Shown in pieces: positions 16,836 through 28,200 of a DNA stretch of 64,000 nucleotides. This stretch comes from a virus (Duplodnaviria; Caudoviricetes), in the IMG/VR virus record IMGVR_UViG_3300031998_000057, positions 8,532 through 72,531 of that record. One strand, given 5' to 3'. A program made the position numbers and the translations under genes. The notes under the pieces are model-generated. The model had not been told where the DNA came from and did no database searches. It was given only the letters and a program-made list of their open reading frames with translations. The number at the start of each line of letters is the position of its first letter. Position 1 is the first letter of the stretch.

Positions 16836-17177
16836 ATGGCAAAAGAATTTAAGCAAATGTGGATAACCCAGCTCGGCTCCGTATTCCCCGCAATGGTTAA
16901 GCCGTGGAAGCAAAGCTGGCGCTCGCAGAACAGCGATCTGATATACCGTCCTGAGTGCGTCCACGCTTGGGACGATTTGACAGACGAGCAGAAAAAGAAA
17001 GCATTGGAGGCCGTCTACGCCATCAGATTGGACGCCGCGAATATGACCGAGGGCAAAGACCCCGGCCTCGCGGAACAGGTCAAAAATTGGAAGCGTCAGG
17101 CAGCGGAAAATTTCACCCTCGCCCGTGAACGCATCGACAACGGCGAACCCATAGACGAGCCGAACCCTTACGATTGA
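16836..17177 (+). CDS. hypothetical protein
   Basis: RBS AAAGGAGG. Confidence 0.7.
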   Translation: MAKEFKQMWITQLGSVFPAMVKPWKQSWRSQNSDLIYRPECVHAWDDLTDEQKKKALEAVYAIRLDAANMTEGKDPGLAEQVKNWKRQAAENFTLARERIDNGEPIDEPNPYD

Positions 17178-17205
17178 AGCATTGACTTGAAAAGGAGGAA
17201 CACAC

Positions 17206-17532
17206 ATGAAAGAACACACGCCCGAGCAGCGCCGTGAGCTGGCGCAGAAGCTCCGCGACATTGCCGACCTGCTGGAAGAAGTCACCGACGAATCCTTTGA
17301 CCCCGAATGGTCCTGCACCATCGACGCGGCCATCGCCATCGTCTGCCCCGGCTTCCTCGAAGAAGAGGACGCCGCCCTCGAAGCCGAGCTGAACAGCCCA
17401 GAAATGGACGCCTTCATGGACGAGATGAAAAAAGACCCCGCCTACCAGCAGGGCCTCGAAGAGTTCAAAAAGCTCACTGAAAAGGTTGTCCCGATCAGCA
17501 AGGGCAAGCCGAAAGGCGGTGACAAGCGCTGA
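17206..17532 (+). CDS. acidic hypothetical protein
   Basis: RBS AAAGGAGG. Confidence 0.7.
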   Translation: MKEHTPEQRRELAQKLRDIADLLEEVTDESFDPEWSCTIDAAIAIVCPGFLEEEDAALEAELNSPEMDAFMDEMKKDPAYQQGLEEFKKLTEKVVPISKGKPKGGDKR

Positions 17533-17716
17533 AAGTCAAGCCGAAGCTCGTCACGAACGTCGTAAAGCGCCCTTACAAATTCCGCGTCACGTTCAAAAGC
17601 GGGAACAAGGAAACCTTAACGGTATACGCCGAAAGTTATGCCGCCGCCGTTCTGCGGCTCCCCCCTAACGTCGCGGAATACGAATGCGAAGCCCCGAAAA
17701 CGGAATGAAAAACGGA

Positions 17717-17768
17717 CAAGCCCCCGACCGCCGCATCTTCGCGGCTGTCGGGGGCCTTTTTTTGTTTT
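17717..17768 (+). terminator. intrinsic terminator ending the plus-strand block
   Basis: GCCCCCGAC..GTCGGGGGC stem followed by a T tract. Confidence 0.75.
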
Positions 17769-17795
17769 CTCCCGCGTTTTCCGCGCCGCCGCGCC

Positions 17796-18089
17796 TTAAA
17801 GCGTACTCAGCCGCCCGTCGCTCACGACCGCGGCGTTGCTGCTCTCTCCGAGGATGAACACGACGCACTGATCCCCCGCGGAAAGCGCAGACGCGCCGCT
17901 CGTATAGGGGAGCGTCACGGTGCTGTCATACGGCTTCTGAACGGTCATCGTGCTGTTCGCCGAGTCCACAGATACGACAGTCGCACGGTAGGTCTGCACG
18001 ACGCCGTGCTCCGTCATCCACGGCAGGACGAAATTCTTCATGCAGTAGTCGCAGAGCTTTCGGGCAAAGCGCTCAAAATAGCCGTCCAT
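17796..18089 (-). CDS. small tail/baseplate-associated protein
   Basis: Last gene of the tail operon; beta-rich OB-like pattern. Confidence 0.5.
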   Translation of the reverse strand: MDGYFERFARKLCDYCMKNFVLPWMTEHGVVQTYRATVVSVDSANSTMTVQKPYDSTVTLPYTSGASALSAGDQCVVFILGESSNAAVVSDGRLSTL

Positions 18090-18095
18090 GCGCCG

Positions 18096-18830
18096 TCACT
18101 CCCCGATGGCGATCCAGTAATAGGTCTTGCCGCTCGTGTTGAAGCCCTGCGCCGCGCCGCCCGTTCCGCCCACGGGGTCCTGAACAGACCAGGAGACGTA
18201 ATAATCGCCCCAGGTCAGGTTGAGCTGCGTGGCGGAATAAGCGCCGTTGTGCTCGCCGTAGTAGCTCGTGCTTGCGGCGGGCCGCGCCGCCATGAAGGAT
18301 TTGGCGGGCGAGTTCAGAACACCGCCGCCCTCGCCGTCGCCGAACAGCGTCCCCATGTCGATCTCGAAAACGAGCAGGAGAACGGGGCGGAAGGTCATGT
18401 TTACGGTCACGGTTCCGACGACGCCGTTGCCCGTATAGCTGCCGCTCTCGATCTTCGCGGAGCTTCCGCCGCTCACGACCCAATTTGTGCCGTCGTAAAC
18501 GAGCGTCAGAATTTCGCCGTCGTCCCAGCTCTCCTTCGGCTTCGCATCGTCGCGCATGATGGCCTTGGCTCCCGTCCCGTTCACGTTCAGCGTCGGATTT
18601 GCCGACACGTTGCGAACGGCGAAGCAGACGCGCACCGTAAGCCCCTCGAACAGGCTCAGAGTCCCCGAATAATCGATCGTGACCGTCTTGGCCGCGACCG
18701 CCGCGTTCGTGGAACATACGCCGTAGGGATGCTGCGCCAGCTCGATCCCCTGCCCCATCGCCGTAAGCGCCGCCGCGTTGATGTCCGGCGCGGTTCCGTC
18801 CGTCCACGCGGGAGTGTCATATCCTGCCAT
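18096..18830 (-). CDS. tail fibre/receptor-binding-like protein
   Basis: NPTLNVNGTGAKAI..LVYDGTNWVV fibre-type motif; C-terminal ESGSYTGNG module. Confidence 0.6.
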   Translation of the reverse strand: MAGYDTPAWTDGTAPDINAAALTAMGQGIELAQHPYGVCSTNAAVAAKTVTIDYSGTLSLFEGLTVRVCFAVRNVSANPTLNVNGTGAKAIMRDDAKPKESWDDGEILTLVYDGTNWVVSGGSSAKIESGSYTGNGVVGTVTVNMTFRPVLLLVFEIDMGTLFGDGEGGGVLNSPAKSFMAARPAASTSYYGEHNGAYSATQLNLTWGDYYVSWSVQDPVGGTGGAAQGFNTSGKTYYWIAIGE

Positions 18831-18832
18831 GC

Positions 18833-19072
18833 TTATCCCTCCTTCTCTTCCGCGTCAGCCGCCGGAGCGCTCACCGTCGGAACGGCCTCCTCCACGATCA
18901 CGCCGCGCTTTGCGGCCTTGCGGAACTGTACGCCGCCTTCGCAGAAGAAATAGACGCCGTTCTCACCGACCACGTTATAGCGGCCCCCGTCCTCAAGAAC
19001 GTAAACGAGCCTCTTTTTGCTCTTCTTTTTGCTCATGGGTTTCTCTCCCCTTCTTTCATAAAATCTTCTCAC
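18833..19072 (-). CDS. hypothetical protein
   Basis: ORF in the tail operon; start uncertain. Confidence 0.5.
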   Translation of the reverse strand: MRRFYERRGEKPMSKKKSKKRLVYVLEDGGRYNVVGENGVYFFCEGGVQFRKAAKRGVIVEEAVPTVSAPAADAEEKEG

Positions 19073-19109
19073 GCGCCCGATTTTCGGCGTCGGGCGCGTT
19101 GTTTTGCTT

Positions 19110-22100
19110 TTACCACGGTTGTGTAGTGCGCCCCCACACGGTATTCACTTCCGCCGAGGTCGTCTTGTAGTTGAAGCCCTCATGCCAGCCGCTCGGTCTG
19201 CTCGCCGGTTCGCAGTAGAGTGTGAACGAAGCGCTTGTCCCGTAGAAGATTGAATGCGACCACTTCTGACTGCCGCCGCTGTTCATGGAAATGGACAGGA
19301 CGCTGCTCCGCAGCCAAACCTTTTCAAGTCCCTCGCAGTCGGAAAACGCTTCTTGCTCTATCGTCTGAGCGGCAAGCATAAGGTTGCCGCTTATGCCGCT
19401 TCCCCAAAAAGCATATTTATCAATAAGTTTGAGACTTGTCGGGAAGCTGACGGACGTGACAAGAGTAGTTTCCGACGCGGCGCTTCTTTCGATCCGCTCC
19501 ACGCCGTCGGGAACGGTGAGAGCGCCCGCGTAGCCTCGCGGCACGAAGGCGAGCGAAGTCCCGCTCTTGTTGAGCAGCAGGCCGCCGTCGCTTTTGTAGG
19601 CGGGATTTCCTTCGGACACGGAAATGCTTGCGAGATTTGGACAAGCTTCAAAGGCGTACATGGCAACGCTTGTCACGCTGTCTGGGATCGTGACGCTTTG
19701 GATCGACTTGCAGTGTGCGAAAACATAGCGCTTGATCTTCGTGACGCCGTAGGGGATCTCAAGGTCTGTGACAAGCTCTCCGCCAGAGTAGAGCGCCCCT
19801 GCGCCGCTGCAGAACGGCGTATTGCTGCTGTTGCCGAGTTCGACCCCGCACCATGCGGCGATATCGTCTATATTCACGCGGGTCAGGGTGTTGCAGTATT
19901 CAAAAGCGGACACCCCGATTCTCACCAGGCTCGGCGGCAGCGTGATCTCGGTCATTGAGGAATTGTACGAGAAGGCAAGGCCGCGGATCACCGTCACGCT
20001 GCTGTCGAGCACGACCTTCGCAACGTCCCGACTGTGCCCGTAGCCGGAGCCGATAAAGCCCGACCAGCCGCCCTCGTCGCCGACGGCGTATTTCGTTCCG
20101 TTCACCGCCTGCAAGCGGACGCGGTAAGTGCCTGCGGCGGCGTAAGTGTGGGATATCCTCGCTTCAAGGTTCTCGTCGGAGTCGAGGGAGCTGCCGTCGC
20201 CCCAATCGACGAATACGCCTCTGCTCTGCGTCTGCGCGAAGTTGACGTTCTGTTCAAGGCGGTTTGCAGGGACGTTGATGACTACTTCGGTACAGTTATC
20301 CGCAAAAACGACCGGCGTGTAATACGTCGTGTTCATGCTCGGCGTCCCCACGAACGTGCCGCCCGTGCTGCCAAACATATAGGAGAGAGCGCTTCCTCCG
20401 TCAATTCCCATCCCGCTTTCCGGGACGCGGTAGGCGATCTGATAATCGCCCGTCCGAGAAGCGGAGAGTTTCAGAGAAGTACAGCCGGAGCACATCATTA
20501 TGCAGCTCCCACGCCCGAAAGTTTTTTGCCGCAGAACAGGAAATTCGGTAAGGGCGGTGCATCCCCAATAAAACTGCACAAGGCAGCCTTCGGTCAGAAT
20601 AACGGTGGAAACGTCAGGCCCGGAAACGAGATTGTCACAGCTCTCAAACAGGCTTCGCAAGGCGTAATTCGCGGGCTGCGGATGGCCTCCTTCCTCAAAC
20701 GTCCGATAATCGAGCAGGCTTTCGACGTTGCCGGAGCAGCGGATGTCGGAGCCGGTAAAGCGGAAGAAAGCGACCTGACCTGTTATTTTCGTGTTTCCGC
20801 TTCCGCGCATCAGCACGGTATTGTCGTCCCCGCTCTGAACGCTGTCACCGCGGCTGAACTCCGTCCACGTTGCGCCGCCGTCCGTGCTCGTTTCAAGCGT
20901 CCCATCCCACGGTTTTACCGTCGGGAAAGCGGTTGTCAGCGTAAACGCTTCGGGGCTTGAGAACTTCAGGTATGCGTTCTGTTTCGGCGTGACCGCCGCG
21001 GTATAAAAGTCGTTCACGCTCGTCGCCGTGATCCGCATGGCCCCGTTTGCCGCGAGCGGCCTTGAAAAGCCCTGCACCAGATGGCGCTCGACGGGGCTTC
21101 CCTCCTTGTCCGTGCGCTCAAGCGTCAAGAGCTTGTTGCCGCGAATGTGGAACATCTGCGAGCAGGAGATTTCCACGGCCCTCTGCAAAACGCTTGTGCG
21201 CTTAACCTGCCACTCCGCATAGTCGCGGCATTGCGTGTCCGTGGCGAAGCCCGCCTTCTGTATGCGTATCGTCTTTCTGCCGATGGCGTTGATATCCACG
21301 GGGGAACGTGCGTCGAATATCTCAGCGCGGCCCTTCGGCTGCCTGTTGTCGCTCATGGCGTCGCCGACAACGATCACGTCGTTGTAAACGTCGGTGTTCT
21401 TCACCGTGTAGCTCATGCCGCAAAGCTCGGCCTCGTCCGTGGAAAACGCCCACAAAACAGGCTTGTCCGTATCTAAGATATCGTCCTGCGACGGGTCGAG
21501 CCGCAGCGCCCCGCTTTCGTCGTAGCCTACCCATGCGTTCACCATTGCGGCCAGCCCCGCGATCACGTCCCACTTCGTCTGTCCCGCGTCCACCGTCAGC
21601 GTATAAGGGGAAAGCACCATACTCACGGTGGAACCGTCGGGGAGCGCCTGCGTCATGCCGTTGTAGTATTCCGTAAAAACGGGCTGAACGCGGTCTGTCG
21701 GCTGGCCGTTCCCCCTGTCCTCCGCAAGCAGCGCCGCGATGGGCGCGAAGATATTCGTTCCGACGGAAACTTGGTATGTCCCGTCAAGCTTGCCGCCGAG
21801 CGAGCCGTCGAGAAAAGCCGCCTTGTCCACAAGGGAATAGACCGCCGTGCGCTCCGTAGGCTGCACGTTCTCCTCCGGCGTCTCGATCAGGAAGATGCCC
21901 TGTTGGATGTAAAATTCCGTTTCCCCGTCAGAGAGGATAAGCCCCTCGTCGAGCGCGATCTCCTGCCCGAACCATATATGGTTAAAGGCGTAGTCGTATT
22001 CGCCGTCCACGTTGTCGAGCCTGACCGTAACGCTCGTCCGCCGCCCGTTCTGCCAGTTGTGCGTGATCGTGCCGTCGGCGATGAACGTGCCTGACCGCGT

Positions 22101-22229
22101 GTTCTTCGGGTTGTTGTCCACGAGGAACGCCGTGGAGCCGTCCGGCTGCAAAAAACGCAGGCGGCAAAGCTTCTGAAAGGGCTTGCGCAGCATTTCTAAA
22201 TAATCCGCGTATTTTTCCTGCTCGGTCAC
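19110..22229 (-). CDS. tail/baseplate protein with PKD-like and BspA-type LRR C-terminal domains
   Basis: N-terminal ~410-aa tail domain; VDWGDGS..HTYAAAGTYRV (PKD); IPDSVTSV/IGVSAFEYC-type LRR repeats. Confidence 0.8.
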   Translation of the reverse strand: MTEQEKYADYLEMLRKPFQKLCRLRFLQPDGSTAFLVDNNPKNTRSGTFIADGTITHNWQNGRRTSVTVRLDNVDGEYDYAFNHIWFGQEIALDEGLILSDGETEFYIQQGIFLIETPEENVQPTERTAVYSLVDKAAFLDGSLGGKLDGTYQVSVGTNIFAPIAALLAEDRGNGQPTDRVQPVFTEYYNGMTQALPDGSTVSMVLSPYTLTVDAGQTKWDVIAGLAAMVNAWVGYDESGALRLDPSQDDILDTDKPVLWAFSTDEAELCGMSYTVKNTDVYNDVIVVGDAMSDNRQPKGRAEIFDARSPVDINAIGRKTIRIQKAGFATDTQCRDYAEWQVKRTSVLQRAVEISCSQMFHIRGNKLLTLERTDKEGSPVERHLVQGFSRPLAANGAMRITATSVNDFYTAAVTPKQNAYLKFSSPEAFTLTTAFPTVKPWDGTLETSTDGGATWTEFSRGDSVQSGDDNTVLMRGSGNTKITGQVAFFRFTGSDIRCSGNVESLLDYRTFEEGGHPQPANYALRSLFESCDNLVSGPDVSTVILTEGCLVQFYWGCTALTEFPVLRQKTFGRGSCIMMCSGCTSLKLSASRTGDYQIAYRVPESGMGIDGGSALSYMFGSTGGTFVGTPSMNTTYYTPVVFADNCTEVVINVPANRLEQNVNFAQTQSRGVFVDWGDGSSLDSDENLEARISHTYAAAGTYRVRLQAVNGTKYAVGDEGGWSGFIGSGYGHSRDVAKVVLDSSVTVIRGLAFSYNSSMTEITLPPSLVRIGVSAFEYCNTLTRVNIDDIAAWCGVELGNSSNTPFCSGAGALYSGGELVTDLEIPYGVTKIKRYVFAHCKSIQSVTIPDSVTSVAMYAFEACPNLASISVSEGNPAYKSDGGLLLNKSGTSLAFVPRGYAGALTVPDGVERIERSAASETTLVTSVSFPTSLKLIDKYAFWGSGISGNLMLAAQTIEQEAFSDCEGLEKVWLRSSVLSISMNSGGSQKWSHSIFYGTSASFTLYCEPASRPSGWHEGFNYKTTSAEVNTVWGRTTQPW

Positions 22230-22249
22230 GCGCTTTCACCTCCCGCGTT

Positions 22250-24379
22250 TCAATCTTCTTTCAGGACGGGTGCGGGAGCCTGCCCCTGCGCCTCCGCCCA
22301 TGCCGTTGCGTAAAGGCTTGCCCTTTTCGCGTCCCCCACCTCGGCCCAGGGCAGCGTCATGGTCTGCATCTGCTCCGCGGTCGCGTCCGCCGTCTGCATG
22401 GAGACCGCGCCCGCGAGCCTGACGCGCAGAAGGTCGCCTTTCCGCGATTTTAAAAACAGCGGGTTCTTCGTCAGCGAAAGCGCCATGATGCTGTCCCTGA
22501 TGTGCAGGGTATCAACGTATTCGGGCTGCCCGCTCGTCCAATCCACAATGCCGATCAGGCTGCTCAGTGAAGCGCTTTTATAGTTCTGCGGAACGAGCTG
22601 GATCTTTGGATAGGGCGTGAAGTTGTGAAGAATGTTCGGCGCGTTGTTGTTCGACATTGCGCCCGTCTCGATGTTGTAGCGGAAGCGGAACGCCTTGATG
22701 ACGCGGAAGATATCTGCATCCGCCGTTTCCTCGCATTCCATCAGCGTCCAGTTCCACCAGCAGGGAGAGATCGGTTCGCTCACAGCCGCCTCGGAAATGT
22801 ATGTGGTCTCGCCCACGGGGAAGAGGTAATAGATATACGGCCCCTGCTGGCTTCGCGCCCCGTAGTCGTACAGTACGCCCTCGTCCTCCCCTGTCTCGCC
22901 GATCTTCACGAAAGCGCCGCCGCTTCCCGTGCGGCGGTAGAGCGCCCAGCCGATCACGCGGTCGTCGGAAACAAACTGACCCGCGCTCGTCCCGTGCGTC
23001 CAGTCCGCCATCATATAGTCCGGCTCCGTCTTTCCAGGCACATAGTCGCCGTCCGTAATGGCGGCGGTCACAGTGTCGGCGCTCGCCGTCCCGTTCACGA
23101 TCTCAAAGAAATCGCAGAGCTGATAGCCTCCGACCTCCGCGAAGCTGATATCGTCCTGCGTATACGAGGGCGAAAGCGTGAACGTGTCCACCGTCTCAAC
23201 GGTCGAGGATGCGGGATAAAGACCCGTGGCCGGATAAAGACCCGTGTGCGGGTAAAGACCTCCGCTCAGATATTCGCTTCTGAGGTAGAGCGCCGTCGCC
23301 GTGAGGACGGCGGTAACGGTCGGCGTGTTGATGATGCCGCTCTGTAAGGCAAGCGTCGTGCCGCCCTTGGAAAGCGTCAGCGTGTGCGTTGGATAGTCGT
23401 AAGCGAGCGTGATGTCGCCGCCGCTTTGCCCTATCGTGAAGAGCGTGCCCGAAACGTAGCCGAGCGTCCCCTTCCACAAAACGCTCCACGGCGCGGCGAA
23501 GCTCATGGCTTTCGTCCCCACCCTGTCCCAGCGCACGGAGGAGCCGAGCGGCAGCGTGAGGATGTGGTCGTCACTGATGGAATACGGCCCCGTCGCCGCC
23601 CCCTGGATAAGACCGATCCCGTCCCATTCCACCTTTACGGCGTCCGTGCCGTTCGCGCAGGAGGCGCTGAAATCTCCGGCGGTCTCTATCGTCTTGTATT
23701 CGGCGGAGAAATACACCCAGCCGGTATCGGCCTCTATGCCGTTCTCCGTCTGACAGTTCAGCCGCACGGCGTAGTTTACGCCCGTGAAAAAGCCGTCGTA
23801 ATAGCAGGAAATGTCCATCGTGCCGCTGACGTTCCCACTGTCGAAAAACGGCTCGTCCGTATCGTCCGCATAGGCGATGCGCCAGCGGAACCAGTTGAGA
23901 ACGTCACCCTGCGCCTGCGAGTAGCTGCCTGAAAAGGTATAGAAGCGCGTGTCGATCACGCCGCCCGTGCCGATGCTCACGACGGAAAGCGACGGAGCCG
24001 CCCGCGTGATGAAAACGCTGGCGCTCGTCTGCGTCACGCTTTCCTCCGTTTCCCACCACTGCCGGATGATGAGCTTGTACTCGTTCCCGTTGCTGATCCC
24101 CGCTGCGGCAAGCGCGGCGGCGCTGACGGTATAGCTGAAAAACCTCGGCTTTCCCGTGCTGCTCGTCCCGTAGGCGGGGCATCCGTCCGTGATCTTGCCC
24201 GTGGTAAACAGTTCCGTACTCACCGCGTCGTTCTCGCAGATGGTTATGGAAAACGCGGTCATGGCGCTGCTGCCTGTTATTCGCCACGACACGGGCATAT
24301 CCTGCGCGGCGTCAACCGTTCCGTTGCCGATCCCCGATCTCACGTCAGGCAGCACAAAAACGGGCTGGAAAAGTGCCAT
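22250..24379 (-). CDS. minor tail protein
   Basis: 709 aa, beta-rich; GLYPxT x3 repeat. Confidence 0.65.
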   Translation of the reverse strand: MALFQPVFVLPDVRSGIGNGTVDAAQDMPVSWRITGSSAMTAFSITICENDAVSTELFTTGKITDGCPAYGTSSTGKPRFFSYTVSAAALAAAGISNGNEYKLIIRQWWETEESVTQTSASVFITRAAPSLSVVSIGTGGVIDTRFYTFSGSYSQAQGDVLNWFRWRIAYADDTDEPFFDSGNVSGTMDISCYYDGFFTGVNYAVRLNCQTENGIEADTGWVYFSAEYKTIETAGDFSASCANGTDAVKVEWDGIGLIQGAATGPYSISDDHILTLPLGSSVRWDRVGTKAMSFAAPWSVLWKGTLGYVSGTLFTIGQSGGDITLAYDYPTHTLTLSKGGTTLALQSGIINTPTVTAVLTATALYLRSEYLSGGLYPHTGLYPATGLYPASSTVETVDTFTLSPSYTQDDISFAEVGGYQLCDFFEIVNGTASADTVTAAITDGDYVPGKTEPDYMMADWTHGTSAGQFVSDDRVIGWALYRRTGSGGAFVKIGETGEDEGVLYDYGARSQQGPYIYYLFPVGETTYISEAAVSEPISPCWWNWTLMECEETADADIFRVIKAFRFRYNIETGAMSNNNAPNILHNFTPYPKIQLVPQNYKSASLSSLIGIVDWTSGQPEYVDTLHIRDSIMALSLTKNPLFLKSRKGDLLRVRLAGAVSMQTADATAEQMQTMTLPWAEVGDAKRASLYATAWAEAQGQAPAPVLKED

Positions 24380-24418
24380 TTTCTGGTCCTCCTTTTAAGG
24401 TGAGGTATAAGCGCCGCG

Positions 24419-25174
24419 TCAGGCTCCGCCTCCAATCGTGGGAATATAGATCGTCGTCGTGATTAACGACGCATAAGGCGAGATGTCCGTGATCGTGCCG
24501 TTCTGCTCCATGTAGGCGCTGACGAGGCCGTTGGCGTCCCAGATCATCGTAAACGCCGAAGAGGACGAGTTTGCGCCGTCTACAAGAGCGCCGACAGCCC
24601 ACAGTTCATAGTTGTCGCTGTCATAGAAAACAGATCCAAAGCCAGTGCCGGCCGAAATGGCGGATGCGTCGTAATCGCTCCTCGCAAACCCTCCGGTATC
24701 ATACGCAAAACCTTGCAGCGCGGAACTGATATCCGCGAACGAATACGTTCCCAACGGATTGGCCAGCGTACCTGTAATCGTCTCGTAGCTGTCGTAGCCG
24801 CTGCCTCCGCCTTGGGGTACTTGCACCGTGAGCGAGTTGATGAGCGTGGTGTCGTAGGTGTCGTTGGTCGTCACCGTGTTGCTGCCCTGCGAGACAAGCT
24901 GACCGCCGAGTACGACCTTGCCCTCGTCTTCGGAGTCGTAGCTGTTCGGGACTCCTACCGACACTTGGTCGTAAGCTTCCCCCTGCGGCGCTGCATAGTC
25001 GCCGTTCGCGGTTACTTCAAGGGAGGTAATATTCGGCCCCGGCGCAAAGTCGCACACGACAGGGTTGAACGCATGGCCCTCCTCCGCGAATACCGTACCT
25101 TTCCCCTCCACGTTCAGCGGGTCGATCTTCACGGGCCGTCCGCCAACCAATTCATAGCTTTTGTACTTGCTCAT
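24419..25174 (-). CDS. virion adhesin/fibre-like protein
   Basis: SLEVTANGDY and TVTTNDTYDTT repeats; GGGSG hinge, then a distinct C-terminal domain. Confidence 0.55.
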   Translation of the reverse strand: MSKYKSYELVGGRPVKIDPLNVEGKGTVFAEEGHAFNPVVCDFAPGPNITSLEVTANGDYAAPQGEAYDQVSVGVPNSYDSEDEGKVVLGGQLVSQGSNTVTTNDTYDTTLINSLTVQVPQGGGSGYDSYETITGTLANPLGTYSFADISSALQGFAYDTGGFARSDYDASAISAGTGFGSVFYDSDNYELWAVGALVDGANSSSSAFTMIWDANGLVSAYMEQNGTITDISPYASLITTTIYIPTIGGGA

Positions 25175-25217
25175 TTTCTTTTCCTCCGTTCGTTGTTTGT
25201 TTCCGTTTGCCGCGGTC

Positions 25218-28200
25218 TCAGCCCCCGTGCAGGGCCAGCGTACCGGCCATCTGCGCGAGGTCGTAGACCGTCATGCCTCTTGCCTGCTGTTCGTTCAGCG
25301 TAATGCTTCCGAATTGATAGACGTTTCCGTTGTGCTGTGTCCCGATGCCGATCCGCGTAGAGCCTCCTTCGAGCGCGGACGCCTGCTCGGCGGCGGCGGT
25401 AACGATGCCCATGTGCCGCAGGAGGGCATTGAAAGCGCCCGTTTCCTCCGCCCGCAGCATCCGCTCTGTCACGTTCGGGGGCAGGATCATTTCAGCCGCG
25501 CCCGTCGCCTTGAGGCCGCCGCGCCCGGACAAAATGCCGCCGCCGTCGTATACGGGCCTTCCGTTCGCGTCGTACCATGTGCCGTCGGATCGATGCCAGC
25601 CCATCGCCGTGCCAAGCAGCAGATTTTCGTCTTCAAGCCGCTTTCGTGTCTCGCCGTCTGCGCTGTGCCACGCGGCGCTGTTGGCCTTCATGCGCTCGGT
25701 CAGGCCGTTCGCGGAAGCGCCGCTCAGACCGGCGGACGAAATGCCGCCCGCCGCAAGCGCGTAAGCGTTCGACAGGTTCACGCCGCCCTCCGCACCGTAG
25801 ATGAGCATGGCGCTTTCGATCACGGCAAAGGCTTCCGCGAGCGTTTTCTCACCTTTCTTCACCGCTTCCGTCATGTCGTCCCAAACGCTCTTGAAGCTCT
25901 TGAACGCCTGCTCCGTGTTCTCGATCTGTTTCTCGATCTCAGCCGCCGCCTTTTTATAGGCCGCGTCGGCGTAAAACTCGTCGAGACCCGCCTGCGCCTT
26001 TTGCAGATCTTCCCGTGCCTTTTCCACGGTCTGCGCGTTGCTCGTCCATTCCCACCGCCCCGTCGCCGCGTTGTAATGGCGCACGGGGCGCTCGTTCTGC
26101 GCGTTTTCAAGCGCAATGCGGGCCTTTTCCACGGCGAGCAGCTTTTCCGCTTCGTCCGTTTCCTCCTTGCGGAGGTCACGGGCCGTCTGCAAGGCTTCGA
26201 GCTGCGCTTTCAGGGGTGCGGTCGCCGCGTCCGCCTGCTCGGAGAGCGCGTCGCCGATGTCCTTCATCGTGGCCGCAATGTCTTCCCGCAGCGCCTTCGC
26301 GGTCTCCTCCGCGCTCTTTTCGATCTTGCTCTGATAGTTCCACCATTCGGTCGAAAGAGCGACGACGTTTTTGCTCTCGCCCTCTATCGCGCGAAGATAC
26401 TCGGCCTCGTCGTGCAGCGCGTCCTGGATAACGCGCATCTGCTCCGCCTGCTCCTCCGCGCTCGCGCCCGACGCTTCCATATAGGCGAGCCGCTGCTTTT
26501 CAAGCGCGACGGTCTCCTTCAGCGCCTCCAGCTTCTCGTCCGTCTTGCTCTCGCCCGTGCCGGACGAAGAGACCGTTTCCGTCTCTATCGGCTCCGGGGC
26601 GCTGTTCAGCGCCGCCAGCAGCGCTTTCAGCCGCGTAAGTTCTTCGTCGGCCTCCACGTTGATCCCCAGCGCCGTGCCGCCCTTCGTTCTTACGGAAAGG
26701 ACGCTTTCGGCCTCCAACGCAGCGATACGCGCCGTCAGGTTCTTCTTGATCTCCGCCGTATTCGCCGCCCACGCCGTGCTTTCGCTGTTCAGCGCGAGGA
26801 TCTGCACGAAGCTCGCCGCCGCCGCGTTTCCGTTTATGGCCGCGTATTCCGCCCACAGAGCGCTGACGTTGTCCGTGATCGCCTTGGTGTTCAGCACGAA
26901 GCCGTCCTTCGTCACGACAATGGAATTGGCAAGCTCCGGGTACTTCTCGATCAGGGCCTGCATGGTCTTTTCGGTCATGTAGCCCTGCTCGGTAAGCTCC
27001 GTCATCGCCGCGTTCAGCGGGTCAAGCTTTGCTTTCAGTTCGGTATACAATGCGACCTGAGTGGTAATCGCGGCGTTGAGGTCGTCGGTTGTATCGCTTT
27101 GCTCTTTAAGTGCTTTCTCTTCGCTCTTCCTCGCTCCGACAAGCGATATAAGCAGGGAAAGCGCGTCTTGCTGTTCAGCGGTCAGAGCGCCGTTGAGGTC
27201 TTTGTAAAGATAAAGTGCGTCACGCGCCCGTATCAGGTTATTTGTAAGATCATTAAAGCTGTCGGCGTATTCCTCGTTGCCTTTTATGGCATTGTAGTAT
27301 GCCTCCAAACCCATGAGGGCGGGGGACATACCCATTCCGTAGTCGAAAGAATAAGTGCCGTTTACAACGCCAATCGCTTCCGTAGCGGCCTCAAAAGCGT
27401 TGGATTTTTGCCGCTGCCTCAGAAGAAAGATTTGGTCTTTCAGCGCTTCGTTTTCGCTTTCGAGGCGCGTTTGATAAGCGTCGTCTCCGCCAGCCTTGTT
27501 GCTTTCCTCGATCAGGCGATTGTTTGTTTCTATCTTTTGGTTCAGCTTGTCGAGTTCACTTGTGGCGTTTTCGTATTCACTGACCGCCGCAGACATCTTT
27601 TCAAGATGTTCGTCAACGGTTTTATTTCCAAGCGCGTGATAAACACCGTTAATAGCGGCGGTGAGCGCGTAGACCGTTCCGATTGCAACGGAAATCACCA
27701 AAAACGGACTTGCGGCCCAAACCGCGCTGAATACCTCCGTCGCGGTGGTAGCGCTTCCGATGGCTGTAATCAGTGCGCTTATTCCTTTGATAAGGCCGCC
27801 GCCCATAATGGTAGCCGCAAGCTTCGGGATATTCGTAATCAGTGCGGCAATAGCGCCCGAAAACGCAAGCACCGTAATGGTAGTACGCCCAAAATCGTTG
27901 TCGAGGATTTTCAGCACTTCGGTAAGTACATCGACAGCCGTTTTGAAAAGGTCGGTATCTACAATGTGAGAGATAAGCTGCGTCCATGTATTTTGAAGAA
28001 TTTGCGTTTTGGCGTTCCAGGAGTCGAGCATCGTGCCGATTTCCTTGTCCGCCGTACCCGCCGCGTTTGCCGTGTCCGCAAGCATGGATTGGTACATATC
28101 CATGTTGTTGACAAGCGCGGTAAGCTGCGTCGTGCGGAGCTTACCGCCGAGGCCAGAAAGCACCTCAAAAAGTTCGGCTTCGTTCAGGAGACCGTCTTGC

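Noticed and set aside
17529-17708. Small ORF LKVKPKLVTNVVKRPY..
   Set aside because: Open frame looks plausible but has no in-frame ATG/GTG/TTG start; left uncalled.
19110-22229. Diversity-generating retroelement targeting the LRR tail protein
   Set aside because: No reverse transcriptase ORF in the window, and I found no template repeat matching the gene's 3' end, including in 62.2-62.9 kb.
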